Shown here: positions 27,398 through 37,986 of the stretch, in pieces
Layout of the letters: the number at the start of each line of letters is the position of its first letter
How positions within the stretch are numbered: the first letter of the stretch is position 1
Source: a virus
Taxonomy: Duplodnaviria; Heunggongvirae; Uroviricota; Caudoviricetes
Length of the DNA stretch: 40,632 nucleotides
Direction: 5' to 3' (one strand)
IMG/VR virus record: IMGVR_UViG_2541047846_000008
Span: 1-40,632 of that record
Translations under genes and position numbers: made by a program
The notes under the pieces: model-generated
Databases searched by the model: none
What the model was told of the DNA's origin: nothing
The model's input: the letters and a program-made list of their open reading frames with translations, nothing else

Positions 27398-29222
27398 ATT
27401 TGAGCTTAAGGCGTTGATCACCGGTGTCGACAGGCTTTCTCCCGCGCTGTCGAAAATGCAAAAGAAAATCCGGGGATTTAAACGCCAGGCGGAAGAAGCG
27501 TCACAGGGTGGGCTGGCGCTTGGTGGCGGACTGGCAGCGGGTCTGACGCTTTCCCTGAAATCTTATGCCGATCAGGAAAACGCCGCCACCGGGCTGAAAG
27601 TCGCCATGATGGATGCGAACGGCGAGGTTGGAAAGAGCTTTCAGGACATCAATAAACTGGCTATTGGCCTGGGTAACCAGCTACCTGGTACAACGGCTGA
27701 TTTCCAGAACATGATGCAGATGCTGGTGCGTCAGGGGATCCCGGCAGAAAACATTCTGGGTGGTGTGGGTAAAGCGACAGCTTATCTTGCGGTACAACTG
27801 AAAAAAACACCGGAAGCGGCTGCTGAGTTTGCAGCAAAGATGCAGGATGCTACCGGAACGGCGTCAGAAGACATGATGGGGCTGTTCGACACTATCCAGA
27901 AGGCGTTTTATCTGGGCGTTGACGATACCAACATGTTGTCCTTCTTCACTAAAACCAGTTCTGTTCTGAAGATGGTGAACAAGGACGGTCTTCAGGCTGC
28001 GCAGAGCCTTGCCCCCATCAGCGTCATGATGGATCAGATGGGGATGAACGGGGAGTCGGCAGGTAATGCCCTGCGAAAAGTTATCCAGTCCGGATTAAGC
28101 GTTAAGAAAATCAGGGACGTTAATAAAGTTATGGCCCGCCAGAAACTCGGGGTACAGCTCGATTTTACTGACGGCAAAGGAAGTTTTGGCGGTCTTGATA
28201 ACATGTTCAGGCAACTGGCAAAGCTGCGAAAACTGACCGACGTTAAGCGAACAGGTGTACTTAAGGCAATATTTGGTGATGATGCCGAAACCCTTCAGGT
28301 GGTCAATGCACTAATCGATAAAGGAAAGGATGGCTACGATCAGATCCAGCAGAAGATGAATAAACAGGCCAGCCTGAATAAACGTGTTCAGGCACAGCTT
28401 GGTACGCTGTCCAACCTGTGGGAGGCAATGACAGGGACCGCAACTAACGGCCTTGCGGCTATTGGCGGCGCATTTTCTGGTGACGCTAAAAATATCACAC
28501 AATGGCTGGGGGAGTTGGGGGAGAAATTCACGAAGTTTGCGGATGAAAATCCCCGGGTTATTCGCGGCGTCGTCGGGCTTGCTGCCGGTCTTGCGATTCT
28601 GAAACTGGGATTGATGGGCGTGGGCAGTGCCATCAGTATTGTCAGCAGGATTATGTCGATGACGCCGATTGGCATGATTGCGACGGCGATTGCTCTGGCT
28701 GCGGGATTAATTATCACTAACTGGGATGTTGTCGGACCTTATTTTAAGAAGCTCTGGGAAACCATTGGTCCTTATTTTGAGGCTGGCTGGGAACTTCTGA
28801 AGAAAGTTTTTGCCTGGTCGCCGCTGGGAATGGTGATCAATAACTGGGGACCGGTTGTTAAGTGGTTTCAGGATATGTGGGACAAGCTGAAGCCAATTAT
28901 TGAGTGGTTTACCGACAGTTCCGGTGACACGGTCGATGCCATTAACTCTGCGCAGTGGGGCGCGGGTGCTTATGATGCTTATGGGACGGGAATACCGGCG
29001 CGGGGATACACACCTTATCCGGCGGTGGATCCGGCTCAGTCAAACAACGCCTCCGATGCCACAGGCTCGAATCCCTTCATGATTAACAAAGCTTCTGTGC
29101 CAAAAGTTGATGGTGAGATCAAGGTATCTTTTGTGAATTCGCCTCCGGGTATGCGGGTTATGGAAACGCGATCCAGCGGTTTTGATGTCAGCCATGATGT
29201 TGGCTATACGTGGTTCAGGTAG
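27390..29222 (+). CDS. Tail tape measure protein
   Basis: 610 aa, helical N-terminal half, Gly-rich hydrophobic central TM-like region; conserved position. Confidence 0.85.
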   Translation: MAEFELKALITGVDRLSPALSKMQKKIRGFKRQAEEASQGGLALGGGLAAGLTLSLKSYADQENAATGLKVAMMDANGEVGKSFQDINKLAIGLGNQLPGTTADFQNMMQMLVRQGIPAENILGGVGKATAYLAVQLKKTPEAAAEFAAKMQDATGTASEDMMGLFDTIQKAFYLGVDDTNMLSFFTKTSSVLKMVNKDGLQAAQSLAPISVMMDQMGMNGESAGNALRKVIQSGLSVKKIRDVNKVMARQKLGVQLDFTDGKGSFGGLDNMFRQLAKLRKLTDVKRTGVLKAIFGDDAETLQVVNALIDKGKDGYDQIQQKMNKQASLNKRVQAQLGTLSNLWEAMTGTATNGLAAIGGAFSGDAKNITQWLGELGEKFTKFADENPRVIRGVVGLAAGLAILKLGLMGVGSAISIVSRIMSMTPIGMIATAIALAAGLIITNWDVVGPYFKKLWETIGPYFEAGWELLKKVFAWSPLGMVINNWGPVVKWFQDMWDKLKPIIEWFTDSSGDTVDAINSAQWGAGAYDAYGTGIPARGYTPYPAVDPAQSNNASDATGSNPFMINKASVPKVDGEIKVSFVNSPPGMRVMETRSSGFDVSHDVGYTWFR

Positions 29223-29249
29223 TGTACAAAATGATTAATGTGTTTTTGT

Positions 29250-29295
29250 CTGGCATAATTTGGGTTTTCAGCTTTAAGTAGTTAATATAATCATT
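29250..29295 (+). promoter_or_regulatory. Promoter-like -10 elements upstream of the secreted-protein moron
   Basis: CATAAT and perfect TATAAT hexamers in an AT-rich gap; -35 elements weak. Confidence 0.3.
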
Positions 29296-29321
29296 CCTTA
29301 CAAATGATTGAAGGGATGATT

Positions 29322-29816
29322 ATGCGTATCTTTGTTTTTTTTATATCTGCACTTTTATCTTTTAACTTGGCTGCGGAAGAGTGTAAGTTCAGCTTTAATG
29401 AGTCAGAATTAATCTCTTCTATAGGTATTGCACCAGTTAAGCAAGAGATAATAAAGGATGAAGGAATAACTAAGCGGCAATATGAATTCAGAAGAGAATT
29501 ATCTTCTGAAGAAATGCTTAGTGATGACGCTGATGAAAAATATGAGCCGCAGTTTTATATATCTGTTTATAATCCATCATGCCCACAAAAGGTTATTGTT
29601 TGGTTTTTCAAAGACAATAAAAACACAATGGATTTAAGTAATGAGGTCCTTGCTGGTAGAGCGTTCAAGTATTTAACTGGTGTTAATGAAAGTATTTTTG
29701 AAAATAAAATGAAAAAGTTTTTAAAGGTACAGTCATTTGAATCTTTTGATGAAAGGACAGATTCTAAATTTATAAAGAGTGGTGATATTTATTCCATTGA
29801 TGTTCAACTCAGATAG
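29322..29816 (+). CDS. Secreted/periplasmic hypothetical protein (AT-rich moron inside the tail operon)
   Basis: Signal-peptide-like N-terminus MRIFVFFISALLSFNLAAEE; GAAGGG RBS; AT-rich; own promoter-like and terminator-like elements (track ORF starts 29304). Confidence 0.6.
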   Translation: MRIFVFFISALLSFNLAAEECKFSFNESELISSIGIAPVKQEIIKDEGITKRQYEFRRELSSEEMLSDDADEKYEPQFYISVYNPSCPQKVIVWFFKDNKNTMDLSNEVLAGRAFKYLTGVNESIFENKMKKFLKVQSFESFDERTDSKFIKSGDIYSIDVQLR

Positions 29817-29835
29817 TAATTAAAAATATTAGGTT

Positions 29836-29891
29836 CCCGCCACATCTTCTGCGATGTAAATAACTGACAAAGCAGATTTGGCGGGTTTTTT
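29836..29891 (+). terminator. Terminator-like structure after the moron
   Basis: CCCGCCA ... TGGCGGG outer stem around internal small hairpins, followed by TTTTTT. Confidence 0.45.
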
Positions 29892-29906
29892 GTATCCGGA
29901 GTTTAT

Positions 29907-31235
29907 ATGACGTGGAAAGACAGGCTTCAGGATGCGTCATTTCGCGGCGTACCGTTTAAGGTTGAAGAAGAAAGTGCGGGAACCGGTCGCCGTGTGGAAA
30001 CACACGAATATCCGAACCGCGACAAGCCCTATACCGAAGATCTGGGAAAAGTCACTTTCCGCCCGTCCATCACAGCTTATGTGGTGGGAGATGACTGCTT
30101 TGACCAGCGCGATCGCCTGATTGAAGCGCTGAATAAACCCGGTCCCGGCACGCTTGTCCACCCGACATATGGTGAGCTGAAAGTCTGTGTTGACGGGGAA
30201 GTTCGGGTCAGCACATCGAAAAGTGAAGGGCGTATTGTCCGCTTTGACCTGAAGTTTGTCGAAGCAGGAGAACTCTCTTACCCCACATCAGGTGCGGCGA
30301 CGGCGCAAACGCTGATGTCATCCTGTTCTGCACTGGATGACTGCATCAGTGACAGCTTCAGCGGTTTCAGTATCGATGGTGTGGCGGATTTCGTGCAGAA
30401 CGACGTCGTCGGTAATGCCAGCACAATGCTTGGGTATGTTTCTGATGCGATGAAAGTGGTGGATTCTGCCGTATCGGATGCCGCCAGGCTGTTGCAGGGG
30501 GATATCTCGGTACTTCTGCCGCCGCCATCGTCAGGCAAAAATTTCGTTGAGCAGGTGCAGAAAATGTGGCGTACCGGGAAACGCCTTTATGGTAACGCCA
30601 GCGACCTGGTCACCATGATCAAAACGCTTTCCGGTGTCAGCCTCGGCAGCGATCTGCAACCGCGCGGCGTCTGGAAAACGGACAGTAAAACCACCGCCAC
30701 GGCGACGCAGCAGCGTAACGTGGTTGCCAGCACCCTTCGTACGACCGCAATCAGCGAAGCGGCGTATGCCGTCACCCGATTGCCTGCGCCAACAATTTCT
30801 GCGGTGATGCAGAATGCCGCAGTGGGGCAGGCAACAACACCCGCGCAGAGCACTGGCTGGCCTTCCGTCACGCATCCGGCACTGAACAATGCACCGGCGG
30901 TGAAAAACACGGTTGACCTGCCGACGTGGGAAGAACTGACTGACATTCGCGACACACTGAATACGGCAATTGATAAGGAGTTGTCCCGTACAACCAGTGA
31001 TGCGCTGTTTCTGGCGCTGCGCCGGGTGAAAGCAGATCTGAATGCGGATATCAACACGCGCCTTGAACAGTCTGCACGGATCATTCAGCGCACGCCGGAT
31101 GAGGTTTTACCCGCGCTGGTGCTGGCGGCGACCTGGTTTGATAACGCGGCGCGTGACGCGGACATTATCCGGCGTAATGCCATTACACATCCCGGCTTTG
31201 TGCCGGTGATCCCTCTGAAGGTGCCAGTGCAATGA
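29907..31235 (+). CDS. Mu gpN-like DNA circularisation protein (tail component)
   Basis: 442 aa; N-terminal region typical of Mu N-like proteins; follows tape measure. Confidence 0.75.
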   Translation: MTWKDRLQDASFRGVPFKVEEESAGTGRRVETHEYPNRDKPYTEDLGKVTFRPSITAYVVGDDCFDQRDRLIEALNKPGPGTLVHPTYGELKVCVDGEVRVSTSKSEGRIVRFDLKFVEAGELSYPTSGAATAQTLMSSCSALDDCISDSFSGFSIDGVADFVQNDVVGNASTMLGYVSDAMKVVDSAVSDAARLLQGDISVLLPPPSSGKNFVEQVQKMWRTGKRLYGNASDLVTMIKTLSGVSLGSDLQPRGVWKTDSKTTATATQQRNVVASTLRTTAISEAAYAVTRLPAPTISAVMQNAAVGQATTPAQSTGWPSVTHPALNNAPAVKNTVDLPTWEELTDIRDTLNTAIDKELSRTTSDALFLALRRVKADLNADINTRLEQSARIIQRTPDEVLPALVLAATWFDNAARDADIIRRNAITHPGFVPVIPLKVPVQ

Positions 31236-32311
31236 ACGACAATGTCACGCTACGGGTAAATGGCCGGGAGTGGAATGGCTGGACATCGGTGCGCATCGGT
31301 GCCGGTATTGAACGGCTGGCGCGGGATTTCAGTGTGGAGATCACTCGCCAGTGGCCGGGAGATGAGGGTATCACCACGCTTCAGCCGCGCATTAAAAACG
31401 GTTCAAAAGTGGAAGTGCTGATTGGTGATGAGCTGGTGATCACCGGCTGGGTGGAGGCGACGCCCGTTCGTTACGATGCCCGTTCGGTCAGCACCGGTAT
31501 TGCCGGACGCAGTCTGACGGCTGACCTGATTGACTGTGCAGCCGAACCGACACAGTTTAACGGACGCTCGCTGGTGCAGATTGCGCAGGCGCTTGCTGCG
31601 CCTTTCGGCATTGAGGTGGTGAACAGCGGTGCGCCGTCGGGTGTTATTCCTGATGTTCAGCCTGATCACGGTGAAACGGTGATTGAGGTAATCAACAAAA
31701 TACTCGGTCAGCAGCAGGCGCTGGCTTACGACGACCCGCACGGCAGGCTGGTGATTGGCGGTATTGGCTCAACGCGGGCACATACCGCGCTGGTACTTGG
31801 GGAAAACATCCTTTCCTGTGATACGGAGAAGAGTATCCGGGAGCGGTTTTCTGTTTACCAGGTGGCGGGGCAGCGTGCCGGAAACGACGATGATTTCGGT
31901 GAGGCCACCACCACCGCGCTGCGGGCCCGCACAGAGGACGCATTTATTGCCCGTTACCGTCCGATGTATATCAGGCAGACAGGGCAGGCTACGGGGGCAG
32001 GCTGTATTGCCCGTGCGGACTTTGAAGCCCGACAACGGGCGGCGCGGACGGATGAAACCACCTATGTGGTGCAGGGCTGGCGACAGGGTAACGGTACGCT
32101 GTGGCAGCCAAACCAGCGGGTGATTGTCTTTGATCCGGTCTGTGGTTTCGACAATACCGAACTGCTTGTTTCGGAAGTCACGTTTACTCAGGACCAGAAC
32201 GGCACCCTGACGGAAATCCGTGTCGGCCCACCTGATGCTTATCTGCCTGAGCCCGAAGCCCCCGGCGCGCGGAAAAAGAAAAAAGCCAGAGTACAGGAGG
32301 ACCCGTTCTGA
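31232..32311 (+). CDS. Baseplate hub protein (Mu gpP-like)
   Basis: 359 aa, overlapping starts within baseplate cluster. Confidence 0.65.
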   Translation: MNDNVTLRVNGREWNGWTSVRIGAGIERLARDFSVEITRQWPGDEGITTLQPRIKNGSKVEVLIGDELVITGWVEATPVRYDARSVSTGIAGRSLTADLIDCAAEPTQFNGRSLVQIAQALAAPFGIEVVNSGAPSGVIPDVQPDHGETVIEVINKILGQQQALAYDDPHGRLVIGGIGSTRAHTALVLGENILSCDTEKSIRERFSVYQVAGQRAGNDDDFGEATTTALRARTEDAFIARYRPMYIRQTGQATGAGCIARADFEARQRAARTDETTYVVQGWRQGNGTLWQPNQRVIVFDPVCGFDNTELLVSEVTFTQDQNGTLTEIRVGPPDAYLPEPEAPGARKKKKARVQEDPF

Positions 32312-32859
32312 TGAGGACGATTGAAGCCATGCAGCGACAACTCCTCGGCCTGATTGGGCGGGCCGTTGTGAAAAGCATCAGTGCCGCCACGAAATGTCAG
32401 ACCGTGGATGTGTCCCTGATTGCCGGTGAACCCAAAGCAGGGGTTGAACATCTTGAACCCTACGGTTTTACCGCAAGGGCAAACAGCGGTGCGGAAGCGG
32501 TGGTGTTGTTTCCGGATGGCGACCGTTCTCATGCGGTGGTTGTTACGGTGTCGGACCGGCGCTACCGCCTGAAAGGGCTGCAGACGGGTGAGGTGGCTGT
32601 CTATGACGATCAGGGGCAGTCCGTGACGCTGACCCGGGAGGGGATCGTGGTGGACGGTGCAGGTAAAACGATCACGTTTCGCAATTCACCTAAAGCACGT
32701 TTTGAAATGGACCTGGAAGTGACAGGACAGGTGAAAGACCTGTGCGACTCCGGCGGCACCACCATGTCAGCGATGCGGCTTGCCTATAACGGGCATCGTC
32801 ACAGAGAGAACGGTCAGGGAAGTAATACCGACAAACCTGATAAAGCGATGGAGGCATGA
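32311..32859 (+). CDS. Baseplate assembly protein V (spike)
   Basis: 182 aa; gpV-like motifs; conserved order. Confidence 0.75.
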   Translation: MRTIEAMQRQLLGLIGRAVVKSISAATKCQTVDVSLIAGEPKAGVEHLEPYGFTARANSGAEAVVLFPDGDRSHAVVVTVSDRRYRLKGLQTGEVAVYDDQGQSVTLTREGIVVDGAGKTITFRNSPKARFEMDLEVTGQVKDLCDSGGTTMSAMRLAYNGHRHRENGQGSNTDKPDKAMEA

Positions 32860-33284
32860 TGGAACTGTGGCTGACGGTGAACGGTAAACGCACCTGCGCC
32901 AGCGCACCGCTGGATCCGCTGACCCGCGCCGTGGTGATTTCCCTGTTTACCTGGCGGCGGGCGGAGCCTGATGACAACGCCGACGTCCCGATGGGATGGT
33001 GGGGGGATACCTGGCCTGCGGTACAGAATGACCGTTACGGCTCCCGACTGTGGCTGCTTCAGCGCAGCAAACTGACCAATCAGCTGGTGCAGACGGTAAG
33101 GGGGTATATCCGCGAATGCCTGCAATGGATGATTGATGATGGCGTGGTGTCCCGTATTGATCTGGATATCCGCCGCACCGGGATTAATGAACTGGGTAAC
33201 AGTATCACTCTCTGGCGTCGTGACGGACCGGTAATGATTTCTTTTGATGATCTGTGGAGTGCGATAACGCATGGCGGACAGTGA
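32856..33284 (+). CDS. Baseplate protein (Mu gp46-like)
   Basis: 142 aa between gpV-like and J-like genes. Confidence 0.6.
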   Translation: MMELWLTVNGKRTCASAPLDPLTRAVVISLFTWRRAEPDDNADVPMGWWGDTWPAVQNDRYGSRLWLLQRSKLTNQLVQTVRGYIRECLQWMIDDGVVSRIDLDIRRTGINELGNSITLWRRDGPVMISFDDLWSAITHGGQ

Positions 33285-34329
33285 ATTTCAGCGCCCGACG
33301 CTGGCAGAAAATATCAGTATGCTCCGTAACGATTTATTCGCCAGGCTGGACGTCAGCGACACGCTCCGGCGCATGGATGAAGACGTGCGGGCAAAGGTGT
33401 ATGCGGCGGCGCTGCATACGGTTTACGGGTACATCGATTATCTGGCAATGAACATGCTGCCTGACCTGTGCGATGAGTCCTGGCTGGCGCGACATGCTGC
33501 GATGAAACGGTGTCCGCGCAAGGGGGCCACGGCTGCCAGCGGGTATATGCGCTGGGAAGGTGTCAGCGATGGCCTGAAGGTGACCGCCGGGAGTGTTATT
33601 CAGCGCGATGACCTGGTTCAGTACACGGCAACTGCCGATGCAACCAGCTCCGGTGGTGTCCTGCGCGTGCCGATCGCCTGCTCAAGTGCAGGCGCGGTCG
33701 GTAACGCTGACGACGGTACGTCATTAATCCTGGTCACGCCGGTGAATGGTCTGCCGTCTTCCGGCGTGGCAGATACACTGACAGGTGGATTTGATACTGA
33801 AGAGCTGGAAACGTGGCGCGCCCGCGTCATTGAGCGGTATTACTGGACGCCTCAGGGCGGGGCTGACGGGGACTATGTCGTCTGGGCTAAAGAAGTTCCC
33901 GGCATTACCCGCGCATGGACATACCGACACTGGATGGGAACGGGGACTGTCGGTGTGATGATTGCCAGCAGCGACCTGATTAATCCCATTCCGGAAGAAT
34001 CAACGGAAACGGCGGCAAGACAACATATCGGGCCACTGGCCCCGGTGGCAGGCTCTGATTTGTATGTGTTCAGGCCGGTGGCGCATACGGTGGATTTTCA
34101 TATCCGTGTGACGCCGGATACACCAGAAATACGGGCTGCCATCACCGCCGAGTTGCGTTCGTTCCTGCTGCGTGATGGTTATCCGCAGGGAGAACTGAAG
34201 GTGTCGCGTATCAGTGAAGCGATTTCCGGTGCGAACGGGGAATACAGCCATCAGTTGCTTGCACCGGCAGACAATATCTCCATTGCAAAAAATGAACTGG
34301 CGGTACTGGGGACGATTTCATGGACGTGA
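33271..34329 (+). CDS. Baseplate J-like protein
   Basis: 352 aa; position and size. Confidence 0.75.
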   Translation: MADSEFQRPTLAENISMLRNDLFARLDVSDTLRRMDEDVRAKVYAAALHTVYGYIDYLAMNMLPDLCDESWLARHAAMKRCPRKGATAASGYMRWEGVSDGLKVTAGSVIQRDDLVQYTATADATSSGGVLRVPIACSSAGAVGNADDGTSLILVTPVNGLPSSGVADTLTGGFDTEELETWRARVIERYYWTPQGGADGDYVVWAKEVPGITRAWTYRHWMGTGTVGVMIASSDLINPIPEESTETAARQHIGPLAPVAGSDLYVFRPVAHTVDFHIRVTPDTPEIRAAITAELRSFLLRDGYPQGELKVSRISEAISGANGEYSHQLLAPADNISIAKNELAVLGTISWT

Positions 34330-34904
34330 CAAACGATGATTACATCCGTCTGTTGTCGGCACTGTTGCCCCCCGGTCCGGCGTGGTCAGCCAGCGATCCG
34401 GCGATTGCCGGTGCGGCACCGTCATTAACCCGCGTTCATCAGCGTGCGGATGCCCTGATGCGGGAGCTGGATCCGCGCACCACCACCGAACTGATAAATC
34501 GCTGGGAGCGTCTGTGCGGCCTGCCGGATGAATGTATTCCCGCAGGGACACAGACCCTTCGCCAGCGTCAGCAACGGCTGGATGCGAAGGTTAATCTGGC
34601 GGGCGGCATCAATGAGGATTTTTACCTTGCACAGCTTGCTGCCCTGGGCAGACCAGACGCCACTATCACGCGATACGATAAAAGCACGTTCACCTGCTCA
34701 TCGGCCTGTACTGACGCAGTGAATGCGCCGGAATGGCGGTATTACTGGCAGGTCAACATGCCAGCCGCCACCAACACCACCTGGATGACATGTGGCGATC
34801 CCTGTGATTCCGCACTGCGTATCTGGGGCGACACCGTTGTCGAGTGCGTGCTTAACAAACTCTGCCCTTCGCATACCTACGTAATTTTTAAATATCCGGA
34901 GTAA
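34320..34904 (+). CDS. Tail protein (Mu gp48-like / YmfQ-like)
   Basis: 194 aa upstream of tail fibre gene. Confidence 0.55.
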   Translation: MDVTNDDYIRLLSALLPPGPAWSASDPAIAGAAPSLTRVHQRADALMRELDPRTTTELINRWERLCGLPDECIPAGTQTLRQRQQRLDAKVNLAGGINEDFYLAQLAALGRPDATITRYDKSTFTCSSACTDAVNAPEWRYYWQVNMPAATNTTWMTCGDPCDSALRIWGDTVVECVLNKLCPSHTYVIFKYPE

Positions 34905-34907
34905 TCC

Positions 34908-35654
34908 ATGCATCGTATAGACACGAAAACCGCGCAGAAGGATAAGTTCGGCGCGGGTAAGAACGGTTTTACCCGTGGTAACCCCCAGACCGGCACACCT
35001 GCCACCGATCTGGATGATGACTACTTTGACATGTTGCAGGAAGAACTTTGTAGCGTGGTGGAGGCCTCCGGTGCCAGCCTGGAGAAGGCGCGGCACGACC
35101 AGTTGCTTACCGCGCTTCGTGCGCTGCTGTTAAGCCGCAAGAATCCGTTTGGCGATATCAAATCGGATGGCACGGTGGAAACGGCTCTCGAAAACCTTGG
35201 TTTGGGAGAAGGTGCTCCAGCTATTGGCGTTCCGTTCTTCTGGCCGTCCGCTGCAATGCCAAATACTGTAATCGACAGCTGGTCCAGTATGGTGTTTTTG
35301 AAGTTCAACGGCGCGAAATTCTCTGCCACTGATTATCCTGTGCTGGCGAAAGTGTTTCCTTCGCTGGTATTACCTGAAGCCCGCGGTGATTTCATTCGTA
35401 TCTGGGATGACGGGCGAGGTGCAGACGGTGGTCGCGAATTATTAAGCTGGCAGGAAGCTACAAACTTTTCTCAGTTTGCCGGGAATATAGTCGGAGGTGC
35501 GGGACACGCAATTAACTTTCATGATGGCATCGCCGGAAATCAGCCAGGATTTTCACGATTTAATTTCACCAGTAACTCTGTGGGTGATGGTGTGAATTTT
35601 GTTGCTGTCAGACCGCGAAATATTGCATTTAACTTTCTGGTGAGGGCTAAATAA
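34908..35654 (+). CDS. Tail fibre protein (constant N-terminus to about 35216, variable C-terminus inside invertible segment)
   Basis: 248 aa; crossover site inside the gene; an alternative C-terminal exon lies on the opposite strand. Confidence 0.8.
   Translation: MHRIDTKTAQKDKFGAGKNGFTRGNPQTGTPATDLDDDYFDMLQEELCSVVEASGASLEKARHDQLLTALRALLLSRKNPFGDIKSDGTVETALENLGLGEGAPAIGVPFFWPSAAMPNTVIDSWSSMVFLKFNGAKFSATDYPVLAKVFPSLVLPEARGDFIRIWDDGRGADGGRELLSWQEATNFSQFAGNIVGGAGHAINFHDGIAGNQPGFSRFNFTSNSVGDGVNFVAVRPRNIAFNFLVRAK
35187..35216. repeat. Left recombination (crossover) site of the invertible segment, inside the tail fibre gene
   Basis: ctcgaaaaccttggtttgggagaaggtgct; matches the inverted partner at 36925..36954 in 20 of 21 positions; resembles hix/gix-type sites. 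Confidence 0.5.
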
Positions 35655-36247
35655 TGAAACCTGTTTTTGATGAAAATGGGCTGGCCACAGTGCCGGGCGA
35701 TATGCGTTGTTTTTATTATGATGCTGAAACATCTGAGTATACGGGCTGGTCTGATGAATATATTAATACTGGCGTAAGTATGCCCGCCTGTTCCACTGGT
35801 ATTGACCCGGGCGAAAACATTCCGGGGAAAGTGGCAGTATTTACGGGTAAGGGATGGAGCCATGAAGAAGACTATCGCAATGAGACTGTTTACTCAACAG
35901 AAAATGGCGCAGCTGTTACAGTGGATTATATCGGTGCCATCAAAAACGGTTATGTCACGCTTTCACCGTTAACGCCATATGATAAATGGGATGGTGAGAA
36001 ATGGGTGACAGATACTGAGGCACAACACGGTGCCGCAGTAGAAGCAGCAGAAGCACAGCGCCAGTCACTGATTGATGCAGTAATGGCTTCCATTAGTCTG
36101 ATTCAGCTGAAATTACAGGCCGGACGGAAACTGACTCAGGCAGAAACAACCCGACTTAACACCGTGCTGGATTACATTGACGCGGTGACGGCAACAGATA
36201 CCAGCACCGCGCCGGATGTCATCTGGCCTGAACTGCCGGAGGCGTAG
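35654..36247 (+). CDS. Tail fibre assembly protein (Tfa), active orientation
   Basis: 197 aa; conserved C-terminal motif TSTAPD(V/I)xWPExP shared with the inverted copy. Confidence 0.8.
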   Translation: MKPVFDENGLATVPGDMRCFYYDAETSEYTGWSDEYINTGVSMPACSTGIDPGENIPGKVAVFTGKGWSHEEDYRNETVYSTENGAAVTVDYIGAIKNGYVTLSPLTPYDKWDGEKWVTDTEAQHGAAVEAAEAQRQSLIDAVMASISLIQLKLQAGRKLTQAETTRLNTVLDYIDAVTATDTSTAPDVIWPELPEA

Positions 36248-36647
36248 GCCATTCAATATCGGGTGCTGTTGAAGTATCAACACGCATCAGCAGCACACGG
36301 TATTTCTTCCATTCGGTGAGAGTTGAAGTTTCTTCATCAGTTGCGATATCAGCATCAACAGCATCCTGACGCCAGGATATTTCACTGTCAGCTTTTTCCC
36401 GTAATTGGGATTTTTTAACTTCAGCAATAGCTATTAATTCCTTTTTGGTCGGCTGAGGAATATCTATCAGTGCTGGTTTTCCATTCAGTGTTCCAATCTG
36501 TTTTCCTGGTGGAATATCCATAAATAACTTTTTATGTTCTTCCTCACTGACTATTACACCATCATCAGGCCACAGACCTGATGCCTCAAATTTTTCTTTC
36601 TCCGATATGGGGAAAAAGCCATTTGATTTAGCGCTCCATACGTACAT
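36219..36647 (-). CDS. Tail fibre assembly protein (Tfa), alternative copy in inverted orientation
   Basis: 142 aa; C-terminal motif [15 protein letters not shown]; convergent with the other Tfa. Confidence 0.75.
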   Translation of the reverse strand: MYVWSAKSNGFFPISEKEKFEASGLWPDDGVIVSEEEHKKLFMDIPPGKQIGTLNGKPALIDIPQPTKKELIAIAEVKKSQLREKADSEISWRQDAVDADIATDEETSTLTEWKKYRVLLMRVDTSTAPDIEWPTPPAVQAR

Positions 36648-36648
36648 A

Positions 36649-36915
36649 TCAATACCCCACCGCTATAATGTCCACATTAAATCCCCCGGGACCTGCCTGC
36701 CAGATGCTGGCCCCTGTTAATGATTTTGTTTGATGAACAACCGCCACATTTGCTGGTGATTGTGTTTCAGTTGTTACAGTACCGATATCATTCCAGTTAA
36801 TTGAGATGGAATAGTTCGTTGTTGTAAACGACCGGGGGAAAGTTATGTGTCTTGCATTGGTGCCAATAGGAAATCCAAGATAAACACGCTGAATTATCAT
36901 TCCTCCAGGTAACAT
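36649..36915 (-). CDS. Alternative tail fibre C-terminal segment (promoterless; frame stays open upstream to the crossover site)
   Basis: Upstream in-frame sequence reads ..[12 protein letters not shown].., matching ..ENLGLGEGA.. of the expressed fibre. Confidence 0.6.
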   Translation of the reverse strand: MLPGGMIIQRVYLGFPIGTNARHITFPRSFTTTNYSISINWNDIGTVTTETQSPANVAVVHQTKSLTGASIWQAGPGGFNVDIIAVGY

Positions 36916-36924
36916 AACCCAGTT

Positions 36925-36954
36925 AGCACCTTCTCCAAAACCAACCTTTCAAAT
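36925..36954. repeat. Right recombination (crossover) site of the invertible segment
   Basis: agcaccttctccaaaaccaacctttcaaat, inverted relative to the site at 35187..35216. Confidence 0.5.
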
Positions 36955-37015
36955 ATTTTTCTGAATCAGGTGATATTTCGCCTCTTCTCCTGTTTTTACA
37001 ACAGGAGAAGCACTC

Positions 37016-37579
37016 ATGATTTACGGGTATGTTCGTGTATCAACAAATCATCAGGATACAGAGTTGCAACGTCTTGCACTTGAGTCAGCTGGCTGTGAGC
37101 GAATTTATGAAGAATATGCCAGTGGCAGAACAGCTAATCGCCCTGTGTTAAAGGAATTAATTACGGTGATGAAAAGTGGAGATGAGTTGATTGTCTGGAA
37201 GTTAGATCGGATAGGGAGAAATGTGCTGCATGCGCTATTGATGTTTCAAAATCTGCACGAAAAAGGTGTTAATTTTCGGAGTATTACAGATGGCGTAGAC
37301 CTGAAAACAGCAAGTGGTCGCTATAATTTCCGTAATATTCTTTCTGCTGCGCAGTATGAATCTGATTTGAATAGCGAGCGAACTTTAGCTGGTTTGGCTA
37401 TTGCCAGATCCAAAGGCCGGATTGGTGGGCGTAGACCGAAGTTTAGCGACGAGCAGTGGCAACAGATGGGAGCGCTCATAGCGGCAGGGAAATCACGGCG
37501 TTATGTTGCACGTATCTATAACGTTGGGCTATCAACCCTATATAAACGATTTCCTGTTACTGGCATTCAAACGAAATAA
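37016..37579 (+). CDS. pin: Serine DNA invertase (Pin/Gin/Hin family)
   Basis: N-terminal YVRVSTxxQ catalytic Ser motif and C-terminal HTH; 187 aa; adjacent to inverted crossover sites. Confidence 0.9.
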   Translation: MIYGYVRVSTNHQDTELQRLALESAGCERIYEEYASGRTANRPVLKELITVMKSGDELIVWKLDRIGRNVLHALLMFQNLHEKGVNFRSITDGVDLKTASGRYNFRNILSAAQYESDLNSERTLAGLAIARSKGRIGGRRPKFSDEQWQQMGALIAAGKSRRYVARIYNVGLSTLYKRFPVTGIQTK

Positions 37580-37619
37580 TTTAAAAGCAATTTAAAGAGT
37601 TATTTGTCTAATGTTGGAA

Positions 37620-37655
37620 GCCGCAGCCACGTCGTATGCAAGAACGTGCTGCGGC
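37620..37655. terminator. Terminator-like hairpin between convergent pin and dinI-like genes
   Basis: Long imperfect GC-rich inverted repeat GCCGCAGCCACG ... CGTGCTGCGGC; no strong U-tract. Confidence 0.35.
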
Positions 37656-37722
37656 TGGCTGGCGAACTTTCGATAGTGCGAGTATTGAATGATTTCCAGC
37701 CGTTACCGATTTTACGTGTTAA

Positions 37723-37971
37723 TTAGTGAACAAACCACTCGTCAGCAGATTCCCAGGTATCTTTCAGAGTCTCCTGAACAAAAGTTTTTGCAGAATCCTT
37801 ATCTGCGGTGCGTGTAACAGAAAGGCCATCGTTGCTGGTGGCTTTTACGATCACCTCTACATCGTCATAACGTTTACTGATGCGTCGGGTTAATTCTTCC
37901 TTTAACGCATCCACAGCACCGGTTGGCATTTTAGTCATTTTTTCTTTGGCTATGCAGATTTCAATACGCAT
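37723..37971 (-). CDS. dinI: DinI-like protein (predicted RecA/SOS modulator)
   Basis: 82 aa; MRIEI.IAK and C-terminal TWESADEWF motifs as in DinI; two LexA boxes upstream. Confidence 0.8.
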   Translation of the reverse strand: MRIEICIAKEKMTKMPTGAVDALKEELTRRISKRYDDVEVIVKATSNDGLSVTRTADKDSAKTFVQETLKDTWESADEWFVH

Positions 37972-37986
37972 AAAAGTCCCTCTATA

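Larger units (their letters stand above)
35190..36950. mobile_element. Invertible tail-fibre segment (~1.76 kb; Mu G / e14 P-type)
   Basis: Two inverted crossover sites flank a fibre C-terminus plus chaperone and, inverted, a second chaperone plus alternative fibre C-terminus; serine invertase gene adjacent. Confidence 0.65.
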
